Positions 41,273 through 50,805 of a DNA stretch of 64,000 nucleotides are shown here, piece after piece. The DNA comes from Desulfobaccales bacterium (lineage in GTDB: Bacteria; Desulfobacterota; Desulfobaccia; Desulfobaccales; 0-14-0-80-60-11): contig JBBFLF010000005.1 in NCBI GenBank assembly GCA_037481655.1, positions 76,193 through 140,192 on the forward strand. The letters run 5' to 3'. Position numbers and translations under genes: made by a program. Numbering within the stretch: the first letter of the stretch is position 1; each line of letters begins with the position of its first letter. Under the pieces are notes generated by a model. The model was given only the letters and a program-made list of their open reading frames with translations, ran no database searches and was not told where the DNA came from.

Positions 41273-43549
41273 ATGACTTCAGGGACTGTGAGAAGGTGTT
41301 ACTTCTCAGGTTCTCGTGGCAAACTTTTCCTCCTTACTGCGGTGGCCTTGCTTTTGGCCCATCATCTTGCTGGGGGAGCCACCCCGCCGCCAGCTAAAAA
41401 AGTCCTCTTGCTTTATTCCTACCAAGCGGTGTTGCCCGGCAACCTCGAGTGGGATGAGGCTATCCGCAAGGCCTTAAAAGGCAAGGATGAGCAGCCGCTG
41501 GTTTACTACACAGAGTTCCTCGACCTGTCACAGTTCCCGGACGAGTCATATGTCCAGGGCCTTCTCAATATCTTACGGATCAAGTATGGCACTCAAAAAA
41601 TCGACCTCCTCATCCCGGTGGGAGACTTGGCCTATGCTTTTCTGCAGGCCCATGGCCGCGCTCTCTTTCCCGGCTCCCCCATCGTTTTTTGCGCGGTGGC
41701 CGCGCAGCAGGTGGAAGCCCTGAAATTGCCGCCCAACATCACTGGGGTGGTGGCGTGGGCCGACGTGCGGGGCACCCTGGCGGCAGCCCTCAGACTGCAG
41801 CCCGAGACCCGGCGGGTGGTGCTGGTCGGAGGGACCGGCAAAACCGACCGGGCTTTTCAACACCTGGCCCGAGAAGCCCTGCGCCCCTATGAAGGCCAGC
41901 TTGAGGTCACTTTCTGCATCGACCTGCCCATGGCTGAAGTTCTCCAACGGCTGTCCAGCCTGCCCCCTCAGACGCTGGTTATTTACCTCTCGATGTTTCG
42001 AGACAGCGCAGGCCAAACCTTCGTGCCCCTGGAAGCCCTGGGGCGTGTGGCTCAAGCAGCCAATGCCCCCGTCTATGGCCTCTGGGAAATCCTGTTGGGA
42101 CATGGGATAGTGGGCGGCCATCTCATGAGCTTTAAGGAACAGGGCCGCCTGGCCGGAGAAATGGGGCGTCGGGTGCTGAACGGCGACAAGCCGGAACATA
42201 TCCCCATCGTTTATGAGGGGGCCAATGTGTATGCCTTCGACTGGCGGCAACTGCAGCGCTGGGGCCTTCAGGAGAAGGACTTGCCCCCCGGCAGCCTGGT
42301 TCGTTTTAAAGAGCCTTCCTTGTGGGAAAGTCACCAGAAGGAGATCCTCTGGACCATTGCGGCCTTTTCTGTGCTGAGCCTGCTGGTTGTCGGCCTCCTT
42401 ATCAACTTGGTGCGGCGTCGCCGAGCCGAGGAGGAAGTGCGCCAGGCGGAACAAAAATACCGCATCGTGGCTGATTTCACTTATGACTGGGAGTATTGGA
42501 AAAACCTGGATGGCAGTCTGGCCTATGTCTCGCCCTCCTGTGAGCGGATTTCCGGTTACCGGCCCGAAGAGTTTATCAGACGCCCCGAACTGTTGCGGGA
42601 AATCATCGTGCCGGAGGATCGGCAACTCTGGGATGCCCATGCCTGTGATGCCCTGGACAAGCCGGGAGCCAGGCATTGTCAGTTTCGCGTGCAGCGGCCC
42701 GATGGCACGCTCCTCTGGATTGAACACACCTGCCAGCCGGTGACCGACGAGGCCGACAGGTTCATCGGCATCCGGGGCAGCAACCGGGACATCACCGAAC
42801 GCAAGCAGGCCGAGAGCCAGGAGCAGCAGCATCGGGAGGATCTGGCCCGGGTCGGCCGGATAGCCACTCTCAGCGAACTTACCGGCTCCCTGGCCCATGA
42901 GATAATGCAGCCCCTCATGGCCATTATGAACAATTCCCAGGCAGCCCGGCGCCTGCTGGACGATCCCCACCCGGATCTGGGGGAGGTCATCGAAATCCTC
43001 GAGGACATCACCAGGGGAAGCGAGCGGGCCAGCGGCATCATTCAGCAATTGCGCCAGCATTTGAAGCTCGGTTCCCCTGAGCTCACCCAAGTGGACCTCA
43101 ATGACCTGGTGCAAAGTCTCATTCCCCTGGTCGCCCGCCAGGCCGCCAGCAGCCACATCAACCTGGTGTGCCAATTGGCCCAGGGGCTGCCCCCCATAAC
43201 CGGCAACCGCATTCAACTGGAGCAGGTCATTCTCAACTTGGTGGTCAACAGTATGGAGGCGCTCAAGGGGATGGCCGGCGGCCCCAGGGAACTTGTGCTG
43301 CAGACTGACAAAGAAGATGATCACACAGTGCGGGTGTCGGTCAGGGACTCCGGCCCCGAGGTCAAACCTGAGGACCTGCAACGCCTCTTCGATCCTTTTT
43401 TCACCACCAAGGAGGAGGGGATGGGCCTGGGACTGGCCATCAGCCGCTCCATCATCAAGGCCCATAAAGGCAGACTCTGGGCCGCCCCCAATCCCGGCGG
43501 CGGCACCGCTTTCCACTTCACCCTGCCGGTTTCGCAGGAGGCGCGATGA
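41273..43549 (+). CDS. Sensor histidine kinase: periplasmic ABC-substrate-binding-like domain, TM, PAS, HisKA, HATPase
   Basis: 758 aa. H-box SLAHEIMQPL, N/G boxes (LVVNSMEA, DSGPEV, GMGLGLAISRSI) and a PAS region (WEYWKNLDGSLAYVSPSCERISGY). Confidence 0.85.
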   Translation: MTSGTVRRCYFSGSRGKLFLLTAVALLLAHHLAGGATPPPAKKVLLLYSYQAVLPGNLEWDEAIRKALKGKDEQPLVYYTEFLDLSQFPDESYVQGLLNILRIKYGTQKIDLLIPVGDLAYAFLQAHGRALFPGSPIVFCAVAAQQVEALKLPPNITGVVAWADVRGTLAAALRLQPETRRVVLVGGTGKTDRAFQHLAREALRPYEGQLEVTFCIDLPMAEVLQRLSSLPPQTLVIYLSMFRDSAGQTFVPLEALGRVAQAANAPVYGLWEILLGHGIVGGHLMSFKEQGRLAGEMGRRVLNGDKPEHIPIVYEGANVYAFDWRQLQRWGLQEKDLPPGSLVRFKEPSLWESHQKEILWTIAAFSVLSLLVVGLLINLVRRRRAEEEVRQAEQKYRIVADFTYDWEYWKNLDGSLAYVSPSCERISGYRPEEFIRRPELLREIIVPEDRQLWDAHACDALDKPGARHCQFRVQRPDGTLLWIEHTCQPVTDEADRFIGIRGSNRDITERKQAESQEQQHREDLARVGRIATLSELTGSLAHEIMQPLMAIMNNSQAARRLLDDPHPDLGEVIEILEDITRGSERASGIIQQLRQHLKLGSPELTQVDLNDLVQSLIPLVARQAASSHINLVCQLAQGLPPITGNRIQLEQVILNLVVNSMEALKGMAGGPRELVLQTDKEDDHTVRVSVRDSGPEVKPEDLQRLFDPFFTTKEEGMGLGLAISRSIIKAHKGRLWAAPNPGGGTAFHFTLPVSQEAR

Positions 43550-44184
43550 ACCAGGAAGCCGCGGCCATCATCTACCTCGTGGATGACGACCCCGATGTAC
43601 GCCGCTCCCTGGAAAGATTGTTCAAGTCCTGGGGCATGATGGTTCAGACGTTCGCCAGTCCCGAAGAGTTTCTGGCCGCGGACCTCGCCGACACCCCTGC
43701 CTGCCTCATCCTGGACCTGAAACTCCCTGGCATGGACGGCATCGCCCTCCAGGAGCGCTTAACGGCCATCCGCCAGGATATCCCCATCATTTTTCTCACC
43801 GCCTATGGCACTGTCCCGGAAAGCGTGCAGGCCATGAAGGGCGGCGCCCTGGAGTTTCTGGAAAAGCCGGTGGCGGAAAAGACGCTGATGGACGCAGTTA
43901 TCCGGGCCCTCGACAGCCACCGGCAGCGGCGCCGGGGAAAAGTGGCGCTGCAGGCCATCGAGGAGCGCTTGGCCAGTCTGACGCCCCGGGAGCGCCAGAT
44001 ATTGGCTCTGATAATCCAAGGCCGGCTCAATAAACAGATTGCTTATGAACTGCAGATCGCGGAGATCACGGTGAAAATTCACCGCGGCCGCATCATGCAA
44101 AAACTGCAGTGCTCCTCCCTGGCTGACCTGGTGCTGTTGGCCGTCAAAGCCGGCCTCCACCCGCCCGAAGATGCACCGGCATAA
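43546..44184 (+). CDS. FixJ/NarL-family response regulator (REC + LuxR HTH)
   Basis: 212 aa. IIYLVDDDPDV, LILDLKLPGMDG and HTH LTPRERQILALIIQGRLNKQIAYELQIAEITVKIHR. ATGA overlap with the kinase gene. Confidence 0.9.
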   Translation: MNQEAAAIIYLVDDDPDVRRSLERLFKSWGMMVQTFASPEEFLAADLADTPACLILDLKLPGMDGIALQERLTAIRQDIPIIFLTAYGTVPESVQAMKGGALEFLEKPVAEKTLMDAVIRALDSHRQRRRGKVALQAIEERLASLTPRERQILALIIQGRLNKQIAYELQIAEITVKIHRGRIMQKLQCSSLADLVLLAVKAGLHPPEDAPA

Positions 44185-44434
44185 TACCAAGGTATAGTTA
44201 TACCAAGATATAATTGCGGGCTCCCTCCGAGTCTCCTACCATAATTTTCAGGAAAGTCCCAGCGGAGCGTGTGAGGAACCCACCTCGTTAGAGGGGTGAA
44301 GTTCTTCCCACACCAAGTAAGGATTTCCCCCACACGTAGGGTTCAGGGGAATTGCCTTCACTTTCAGGTCGGCAACATCTGCGACCCGCCTGGAACTTGT
44401 GCAACCTCTCTGCCTTGGCCCCTAAGTAAAAACG

Positions 44435-44833
44435 ATGCCCAATAATCAGGATGACATTAATAAGAATCACTCCGGCATCATTTTTATCGTGGATGATGAC
44501 CCCGACGTACGGCGGGCCCTGCAACGCCTGCTGAAAATGGCCGACTTCCTGGTGGAAGCCTTTGCCTCGGCTGAGGAATTTCTGGGCTCCAGCTATACCC
44601 AAGGGCCCGGGGTGCTATTACTGGACATCCGCCTGCCCGGCATGAACGGGGCGGAGTTGCAGCAAGCCCTGGCCGCCTCCGGTTCGACTCTGCCCCTCGT
44701 CTTCATGACCGCTTACGAAGATGCCGGCGTGCGCCAGGAAGTCATGGAGCGGGGCGCGGTGGCCTTCTTGCAGAAACCGGTGGACGAACGAACCTTGCTC
44801 GAGGCCCTCCGGAAGGCTTGTGAAAGGCGCTGA
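44435..44833 (+). CDS. Single-domain (CheY-like) response regulator
   Basis: 132 aa, receiver domain only (IIFIVDDDPDV, LLLDIRLPGMNG, FLQKP). Confidence 0.8.
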   Translation: MPNNQDDINKNHSGIIFIVDDDPDVRRALQRLLKMADFLVEAFASAEEFLGSSYTQGPGVLLLDIRLPGMNGAELQQALAASGSTLPLVFMTAYEDAGVRQEVMERGAVAFLQKPVDERTLLEALRKACERR

Positions 44834-44881
44834 AAGCGGCCCGGGATGCGGCTCAAAACGAAGCCTGGATGAGGATGAATC

Positions 44882-45865
44882 ATGACGGTACTGAAGGTTG
44901 CGCTCCCTGTCCTCATGGTGCTCGTTTTTGGCGCCACGGCTTACTCCCAGGAGGCAGCCGCCACCCCCCCGGACAAGACTGCGACCTCCCAGGATAAGAC
45001 GGCGGCCGCCCCGAAGGACGACCCTCTCCCCATCCATCGGCAAGGCTGGCAGGTTTTTGTGGCTCCCTACATCTGGGTTCCGGGGGCCAACTTCAAACTC
45101 GCCCGCCACGGCAGATTCAGCGGCACGACCTCAGTGGTGGACCCCTGGTATGACGTTGTGCCCCGGATCTTTTCCCAGGTCTTTGGGGCCATGGGCCGGG
45201 TGGAGGTCTGGAAGGGCCGCTGGGGCTTTTTTTCGAATACCGTCTTTATCTATCTCAGCGATTCCGTAAGCGCGGGTGGAGCAAAGGAAATCCTGGTCAA
45301 TCCCGGACAAAAGCTTCCCGGCCCGGTTCCTCTTCGCATAAAGCTTACCGGAGACCTGAAGATCTGGTCCCGGCTGCTCTGGCAGGATGTGGGGGTGCGT
45401 TTTTTGGTGGGCTCCATTCCCCTGCACGCCGATAAAACCCTGCCCGTGTTGTCTTGCGAGCTTTTGGGCGGTCTTAGATATGCGTTTTATGATCAGGATA
45501 CCAGGCTGGGAGTAAATGCCACCCTCAGCGGGCCTCAAGGCAACCAAGTCCTAAGCCGGGGTGGAACCTTTAGCGATTCCCTCAGGATGTCGGTGGTGGA
45601 ACCTTTATTAGGCGTGCGCCTCGGCTTCTGGTTGACCCCGCGGGTGAACCTCCTGCTCCGGGGCGATATCGCCGGCTTTGGGATCGTGGCCTACGACAGT
45701 GTGGACAGCGTGGTGGAGGCCCTGATGGGCTACCAGGTGCAGAAGAATGTTCGTCTTTATGCCGGCTATACCGCCCACTATTTTGTGCGTCGCGGCAAAG
45801 CCAGGCCTCTTGACGCCCATGGCTGGTTTCACGGTCCCCTGCTGGGTGCGGTTTTCAGTTTTTAG
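44882..45865 (+). CDS. Outer-membrane beta-barrel protein of unknown family
   Basis: 327 aa with signal peptide, alternating hydrophobic beta-strand pattern and a C-terminal ..GAVFSF aromatic terminus. Confidence 0.6.
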   Translation: MTVLKVALPVLMVLVFGATAYSQEAAATPPDKTATSQDKTAAAPKDDPLPIHRQGWQVFVAPYIWVPGANFKLARHGRFSGTTSVVDPWYDVVPRIFSQVFGAMGRVEVWKGRWGFFSNTVFIYLSDSVSAGGAKEILVNPGQKLPGPVPLRIKLTGDLKIWSRLLWQDVGVRFLVGSIPLHADKTLPVLSCELLGGLRYAFYDQDTRLGVNATLSGPQGNQVLSRGGTFSDSLRMSVVEPLLGVRLGFWLTPRVNLLLRGDIAGFGIVAYDSVDSVVEALMGYQVQKNVRLYAGYTAHYFVRRGKARPLDAHGWFHGPLLGAVFSF

Positions 45866-45995
45866 GGAGAGTTCCATGCTTCCCCGGTGTTGCGGGCTCG
45901 GCCCGCCGTGGCCCGCCTCAGGCTCTCCTGGTCGCGGTTATGGCATAACCTCATTGAGTTAGGGTGAATCAAAGCAGGGTGCGGCGGGTTTATTC

Positions 45996-46525
45996 ATGTG
46001 CAGATTACTAACCAAAATTCTTATGGTTTTTCGTCTGCCGCTGTCTCTTTTACCCCCGGTCTGGGGCCAGGAGTCTCCCGAATCAGGCGCCACCCTCGGA
46101 AAAAAAGAAAATGCTGAGGCTTTAGCCGAGAAAATTAAAAACCCTCTGTCGGACTTGTGGCTCTTGAGCCTGCAGAGCGACTTCCAGTGGTGGAACGGTG
46201 AGATCACTGACAAAACCCGCATGGCCAATATCACCCTCCTACAGCCGGTGAAGCCCTGTGTCCCCTCGGAGAATTGGCGGATGATCCTCCGGCACATTTC
46301 CCCGATCATCCCGGCCCCGACATGGGCCATGAGACCGCGGTTTTAACAGCTTGACGGAAGGAGCTGGGGATGTGCTCACCTTTTACGCCCAGGCCGACGT
46401 CTTCCCCGAGTTGTGGACCACCCTGGGCTTGGTCCCCGTTTTTTCCAGCCCCATGAGGACCAAGCGGCCAAGAAGAATAACTTCCAGGGTCCCGGGAAGG
46501 TGCTCAGGGTGCAGAAAAGGATTTT
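45996..46525 (+). pseudogene. Remnant of a MetA-pathway/phenol-degradation-like (PF13557-type) outer-membrane transporter gene
   Basis: N-terminal ~115 codons (..NPLSDLWLLSLQSDFQWW..ITLLQPVKP..) then loss of frame. Paralogous to the fragment at 50407-50690. Confidence 0.5.
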
Positions 46526-46528
46526 TCC

Positions 46529-46924
46529 ATGAATGATCACCTCAGCCAAAAGAGCATGGCCAACGAACTGGCCAAAGAGCGCAGCCGACAGGCCTCGGAC
46601 CGGACCCTCATGGCCTGGGTGCGCACCTCCCTGTCCCTCATCGGCTTCGGTTTTGCCATCGCCAATTTCCGAGCCATTCTCATGAACGCCGGGCTGGTAA
46701 GCAACCCTCGGGAATATGCCAACGTGGCCCTGGCCTTTGGCTTAAGTTTCATCGGCTTGGGGGTCCTGGGGTTGATGGCCGCTACTATTCAGCACTGGAA
46801 AATCCTCCAGCATCTCAAACGGGACGACTTTACTTATACCGGGTTCCGGCCCCTGGCGTTCATCATGGCGATTCTGCTGATGCTGATCGGCTTGTTTGCC
46901 TTTATTGCAGTATTGGTGCATTAA
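46529..46924 (+). CDS. DUF202 (YidH-like) membrane protein
   Basis: 131 aa with LAKERSRQASDRTLMAWVRTSLSLIGFGFAI and three TM segments. Confidence 0.75.
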   Translation: MNDHLSQKSMANELAKERSRQASDRTLMAWVRTSLSLIGFGFAIANFRAILMNAGLVSNPREYANVALAFGLSFIGLGVLGLMAATIQHWKILQHLKRDDFTYTGFRPLAFIMAILLMLIGLFAFIAVLVH

Positions 46925-47042
46925 GACGGTTCAGCCAGGAAGCGCAAACTTTTTTAAAATAAAGCAATGGACATTAGGAAGACCAAGGCAGTATTTAACT
47001 TTTAATCCTCACCACATTTTCAGGAAAAAGGAGAGCTAAGTT

Positions 47043-49061
47043 ATGTGTAACCATTCGTCATGTAGTGGTCAGGCACACTTCCACCCCAAGGGCAAACTGC
47101 CCTCGACGTACACCATAGAGGCGCAGAAGCACCAGAGAAAAATTTTACCCCTGGCCGACAAGCGGGATTTTGAAGAGGCCCATCATGGCTTTATCGCAGT
47201 CCCTGATTACAAGGTAATCAAAAATGACCAAGGCGGCATCGCCTGGGATCTGGGCCGCTACGACTTCCTGCTGCAAGGCCAGGATTTCGACTCCATCCAT
47301 CCCTCCCTGCAGCGGCAGGCCATTCTGAACATGGATTTCGGCCTCTTCGAGGTGGTTCCTGGCATCTACCAGGTGCGCGGCTTCGACCTGGCCGTCATCT
47401 CCTTCATCAAGGGCAAGACCGGCTGGATCATCATCGATCCCCTGACCGTGAAGGAAACGTCCCGGGCCGCTCTCAAATTTGTCAATGAGAAACTGGGGGC
47501 CCGGCCGGTGGTGGCGGTGATCATCTCCCACTCCCACGCCGACCATTTCGGTGGCATCCGGGGTGTGGTGAGCGATGACGACCTCAAGGCGGGCAAAATC
47601 CAGATCCTGGCGCCCAAGGGCTTCATGCACGAGGCCATTTCTGAGAACCTCTATGCCGGCAATGCCATGGTGCGGCGCAAGGTCTTTACCTACGGCGACG
47701 CCCTGCCCGCCAGCCCATTCGGCCACGTGGACATGGCCATCGGCAAGAACGTGGCGGCCGGGGAGGTGGGCATCCTGCCGCCCACCCGGGTCATTATGGA
47801 ACCCATCGAAGAGTTGGAAATCGACGGGGTGCACATGGTCTTTCAGAATACCCCCGGCACCGAGGCCCCCGCAGAAATGAATACCTGGTTTCCCGACTTC
47901 GATGCCCTCTGGCTGGCGGAGAACGTGGTGGCCGGCCTGCACAACGTCCTCACCCTCCGGGGGGCCCCGGTGCGCGATACCCTCGCCTGGGCCAAGTACA
48001 TCAACGTCGCCCTCCACAAGTGGGGTGATAAGGCCAAGGTCATCTTCCAGTCCCACAACTGGCCGCGCTGGGGGAAAGAACGCATTCAGGAAGTGCTGCG
48101 CGGGGAGAGGGACATGTACGCCAATCTCAACAACCAGGTCCTGCACCTGGCCAACCAGGGGGTCACCATCAACGAGATCCACAATGTGTATGAACCACCG
48201 CAAACCCTCCAGAACCAGTGGTTCGCCCGCGGCTATCACGGCACCTACGCCCACAACAGCCGCGCCGTCATCCAGCGCTACCTGGGCTTCTGGGACTGCA
48301 ATCCCGCCACCCTGCTCCCCCTGTCGCCCCGGGACAGCGCGCCGCTCTTTGTGGAAATGATGGGCGGCGCCGCCAAGATAATGCCGAAGGCCCGGGAGCT
48401 TTACGATCTGGGCAAATACCGGGAGGCCCAGGAAATCCTGAACAAGCTGGTCTATGCCGAGCCCGACAACCAGGAGGCCAAGGAGCTCCTGGCCGACGTC
48501 TGGGAGCAGCTCGGCTACCAGTCCGAGGGCGCTGGCGTCCGCTATATTTACCTGGTGGGGGCCAAGGAGCTCCGGGATGGTATCATCCCGGTGGCGGCGG
48601 CGAAAGCCGGCAGTCCTGACTTTGTGCGGGGCACCACCACGGAGATGTTCCTCGATTACCTGGCCATTCTGGTGGACACCAAAAAAGCCGCGGGCCTGCA
48701 GTTCAAGATCAACCTGTTCACCCCGGACAACGGCGAGAAATTTGTTATCGAGATGAGCAACGCCACCCTCACCACCCTCGCGGGTTACACGGCCCCGGAC
48801 CCGGACCTGACCATCACCATTGACCGCGCTCAATTGGAAGACGTGATGATCGGCACCGCCAAGCTGGTGGATAAGGTCAAAGCCGGCAAGGCCAAACTGG
48901 AGGGCAATATTCAGGTTCTGGAGCAGCTAAAAGCCACCCTGGTGAAGTTTGACCCCTTCTTTGAGATTCTGCCGGGCACCAAGCCCACCGCCGCCCCGGC
49001 CGGCACACCCGCCAAAGACGAGGTCTTTGAGGATGATGCCCCGGTGGTGAAGGAACCGTAA
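47043..49061 (+). CDS. Alkyl/aryl-sulfatase, metallo-beta-lactamase fold (SdsA1/BDS1/YjcS type), no signal peptide
   Basis: 672 aa. MBL motif ISHSHADHFGG, a dimerisation region and a C-terminal SCP2-like domain. RBS AAAGGAG. Confidence 0.85.
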   Translation: MCNHSSCSGQAHFHPKGKLPSTYTIEAQKHQRKILPLADKRDFEEAHHGFIAVPDYKVIKNDQGGIAWDLGRYDFLLQGQDFDSIHPSLQRQAILNMDFGLFEVVPGIYQVRGFDLAVISFIKGKTGWIIIDPLTVKETSRAALKFVNEKLGARPVVAVIISHSHADHFGGIRGVVSDDDLKAGKIQILAPKGFMHEAISENLYAGNAMVRRKVFTYGDALPASPFGHVDMAIGKNVAAGEVGILPPTRVIMEPIEELEIDGVHMVFQNTPGTEAPAEMNTWFPDFDALWLAENVVAGLHNVLTLRGAPVRDTLAWAKYINVALHKWGDKAKVIFQSHNWPRWGKERIQEVLRGERDMYANLNNQVLHLANQGVTINEIHNVYEPPQTLQNQWFARGYHGTYAHNSRAVIQRYLGFWDCNPATLLPLSPRDSAPLFVEMMGGAAKIMPKARELYDLGKYREAQEILNKLVYAEPDNQEAKELLADVWEQLGYQSEGAGVRYIYLVGAKELRDGIIPVAAAKAGSPDFVRGTTTEMFLDYLAILVDTKKAAGLQFKINLFTPDNGEKFVIEMSNATLTTLAGYTAPDPDLTITIDRAQLEDVMIGTAKLVDKVKAGKAKLEGNIQVLEQLKATLVKFDPFFEILPGTKPTAAPAGTPAKDEVFEDDAPVVKEP

Positions 49062-49496
49062 CCGATCGTGCCGGCCTTATGCTTATTGAATTACCTGAGC
49101 TAAGTCCCCCACCGGCTGGAAGTCCGAAGACTGATGGCCTTTAAAGGTGTCTTATGCCACCAGAAACAAAAAACCCCGTATTTTATGTGGATACATCCAA
49201 TCTTTGTTGGCCAAACACACAATTTAGCTGGTTATGGGGCACAGAAGGCCTGCGGCGAGGCGCTCAACAGGTTGGATACCAAGGAGAGATGGAACTTTCT
49301 GATGCGCACCTATCGCCCAGGCACATCGTTTTTGGAGAGGACTTACAAACTTCCGGCGGCCAAACCCATGAAGTGAACCGCTAATTGCTGGGGCGGCATC
49401 TTCGGGACCGGGCTCGCAATGAGAAGTTGCAGCAAACCCATGCTCCAAGGGTCGAGGCAACCAGCCCATTCTCTTTGAACCACGGGATAACATAGT

Positions 49497-50372
49497 ATGG
49501 ACCACCCCATCCTCCTTTATTTCGTCAGTCTGACCATTTTTACCCTCATGTTCGCCCTGGGGGTCAGCCACTCTTTTGAGGAACTCACCTCTCTGTGGCG
49601 TCGGCCGGGATTGCTACTCCGCTCCCTGCTGGCGGTGGTCTTCCTGGTCCCCCTGGCGGTGGTCCTCTTGTTATTGATCTTCGACCTGCCCCCCGCCGCA
49701 GCCACCGGCCTGGCGTTGTTAGCTGCGGCGCCGGGGGCGCCCGTCACCTACAGACGGTCCCAAATGGCCGGGGGAGATCCCGCCTACACGGCCAGCCTGC
49801 AACTGACGCTGGCCTTGCTGGCGGTGGGAATTACCCCGGCCATCCTGGCCGTGTTTCATGCCCTTTTTGGGTTGTTAATCGGGGGAGTGACTTTTTTTCA
49901 AGTGGCCCGGCAGGTTGCTCAAGTGACTTTCTTTCCAGTCATCCTCGGTCTGTCGCTCCAGCAGTTTGCCCCCAGGCTCGCTGAGGTCCTGCGGAAGCCC
50001 GTGTCCCTGCTGGCCAATATCCTGTTCATCCTGTTGCTTCTCGTGCTGGTCCTGCTTCTCGCCCTGGTGCCCCAGATGCGGGCGCTGCTCAATGTTGGGT
50101 GGCTGTCCATGGCGGTGATCGTGCTGATGGTAGCGGTCTCCCTGGCCATCGGCCACCTGTTGGGCGGCCCCCGCCGGGATCAGCGCTCCGCCCTGGCCAC
50201 CGCCTCCATTGCCCGCAACTTCGGGCTCGCTCTGTTTCTCGCCGAACTAAGTGATTACGGGCATCATTTTATTCCCACGCTTGTGATGTATATGATTTTG
50301 GGGTTTCTCCTGGCTATTCCCTATGCCGTGTGGAGCAAGCGCCAACTAACTTTGAAGCAGGTGGGCGGCTAG
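49497..50372 (+). CDS. Bile acid:Na+ symporter (BASS/SBF-like) family transporter
   Basis: 291-aa polytopic protein. N-terminal FTLMFALGVS..ELTSLWRRPGLLLRSLLA pattern. Confidence 0.65.
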   Translation: MDHPILLYFVSLTIFTLMFALGVSHSFEELTSLWRRPGLLLRSLLAVVFLVPLAVVLLLLIFDLPPAAATGLALLAAAPGAPVTYRRSQMAGGDPAYTASLQLTLALLAVGITPAILAVFHALFGLLIGGVTFFQVARQVAQVTFFPVILGLSLQQFAPRLAEVLRKPVSLLANILFILLLLVLVLLLALVPQMRALLNVGWLSMAVIVLMVAVSLAIGHLLGGPRRDQRSALATASIARNFGLALFLAELSDYGHHFIPTLVMYMILGFLLAIPYAVWSKRQLTLKQVGG

Positions 50373-50406
50373 AGTCAAGCGAACTGAAGTTTGGGAGGGG
50401 CGGTTA

Positions 50407-50690
50407 ATGTCTCACCTGGCAATCAGAAACTTTCTGGCTGGTCTTATACTCTTGCCGTATTTTAACCCTTCGCCCGGTTGGAACCAGAATTCTCCCGAAC
50501 GGCCCCTCGACTCCCCAAAACAGCAGGGGGAGTCGGTGGCCGACAGAATCATCAATCCCGTGTCGGACCTCCGGCTTTTGTCCATGCAGAGCGAATTTTA
50601 ATGGTATGACAGCCAGATCACCGACAAGAAAGAGGCAGCCATCAGACTCGAGTGGGAGGGGCTGATTTAGGAGCAACCGCAGCACAATGG
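50407..50690 (+). pseudogene. Second 5' fragment of a PF13557-like outer-membrane transporter gene
   Basis: ..INPVSDLRLLSMQSEF*WYDSQITDK.. with in-frame TAA at 50599-50601. About 70% nt identity by eye to 46125-46215. Confidence 0.5.
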
Positions 50691-50769
50691 CACATGCTCA
50701 GCCAATTCTCTTCCAGATCCGGGGAGGAGGTTGGAAATAGGGTTGGAAAAATTTCCCCTGAGCAAGCAA

Positions 50770-50805
50770 AAGGGGTTGGGCCAGCGCCCAACCCCTTGAT
50801 TTTTC
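50770..50805 (-). terminator. Hairpin terminator downstream of tRNA-fMet (bidirectional-looking)
   Basis: AAGGGGTTGGG-ccagcg-CCCAACCCCTT, with A-run on one side and T-run on the other. Confidence 0.6.

Noticed and set aside
37101-50372. A coherent bile-acid locus (choloylglycine hydrolase family + BASS transporter + sulfatase + RND efflux)
   Set aside because: The link rests on family names only. The genes are 9-25 kb apart, in different transcription units and partly inside or outside the tRNA islet. These families act on many non-bile substrates.
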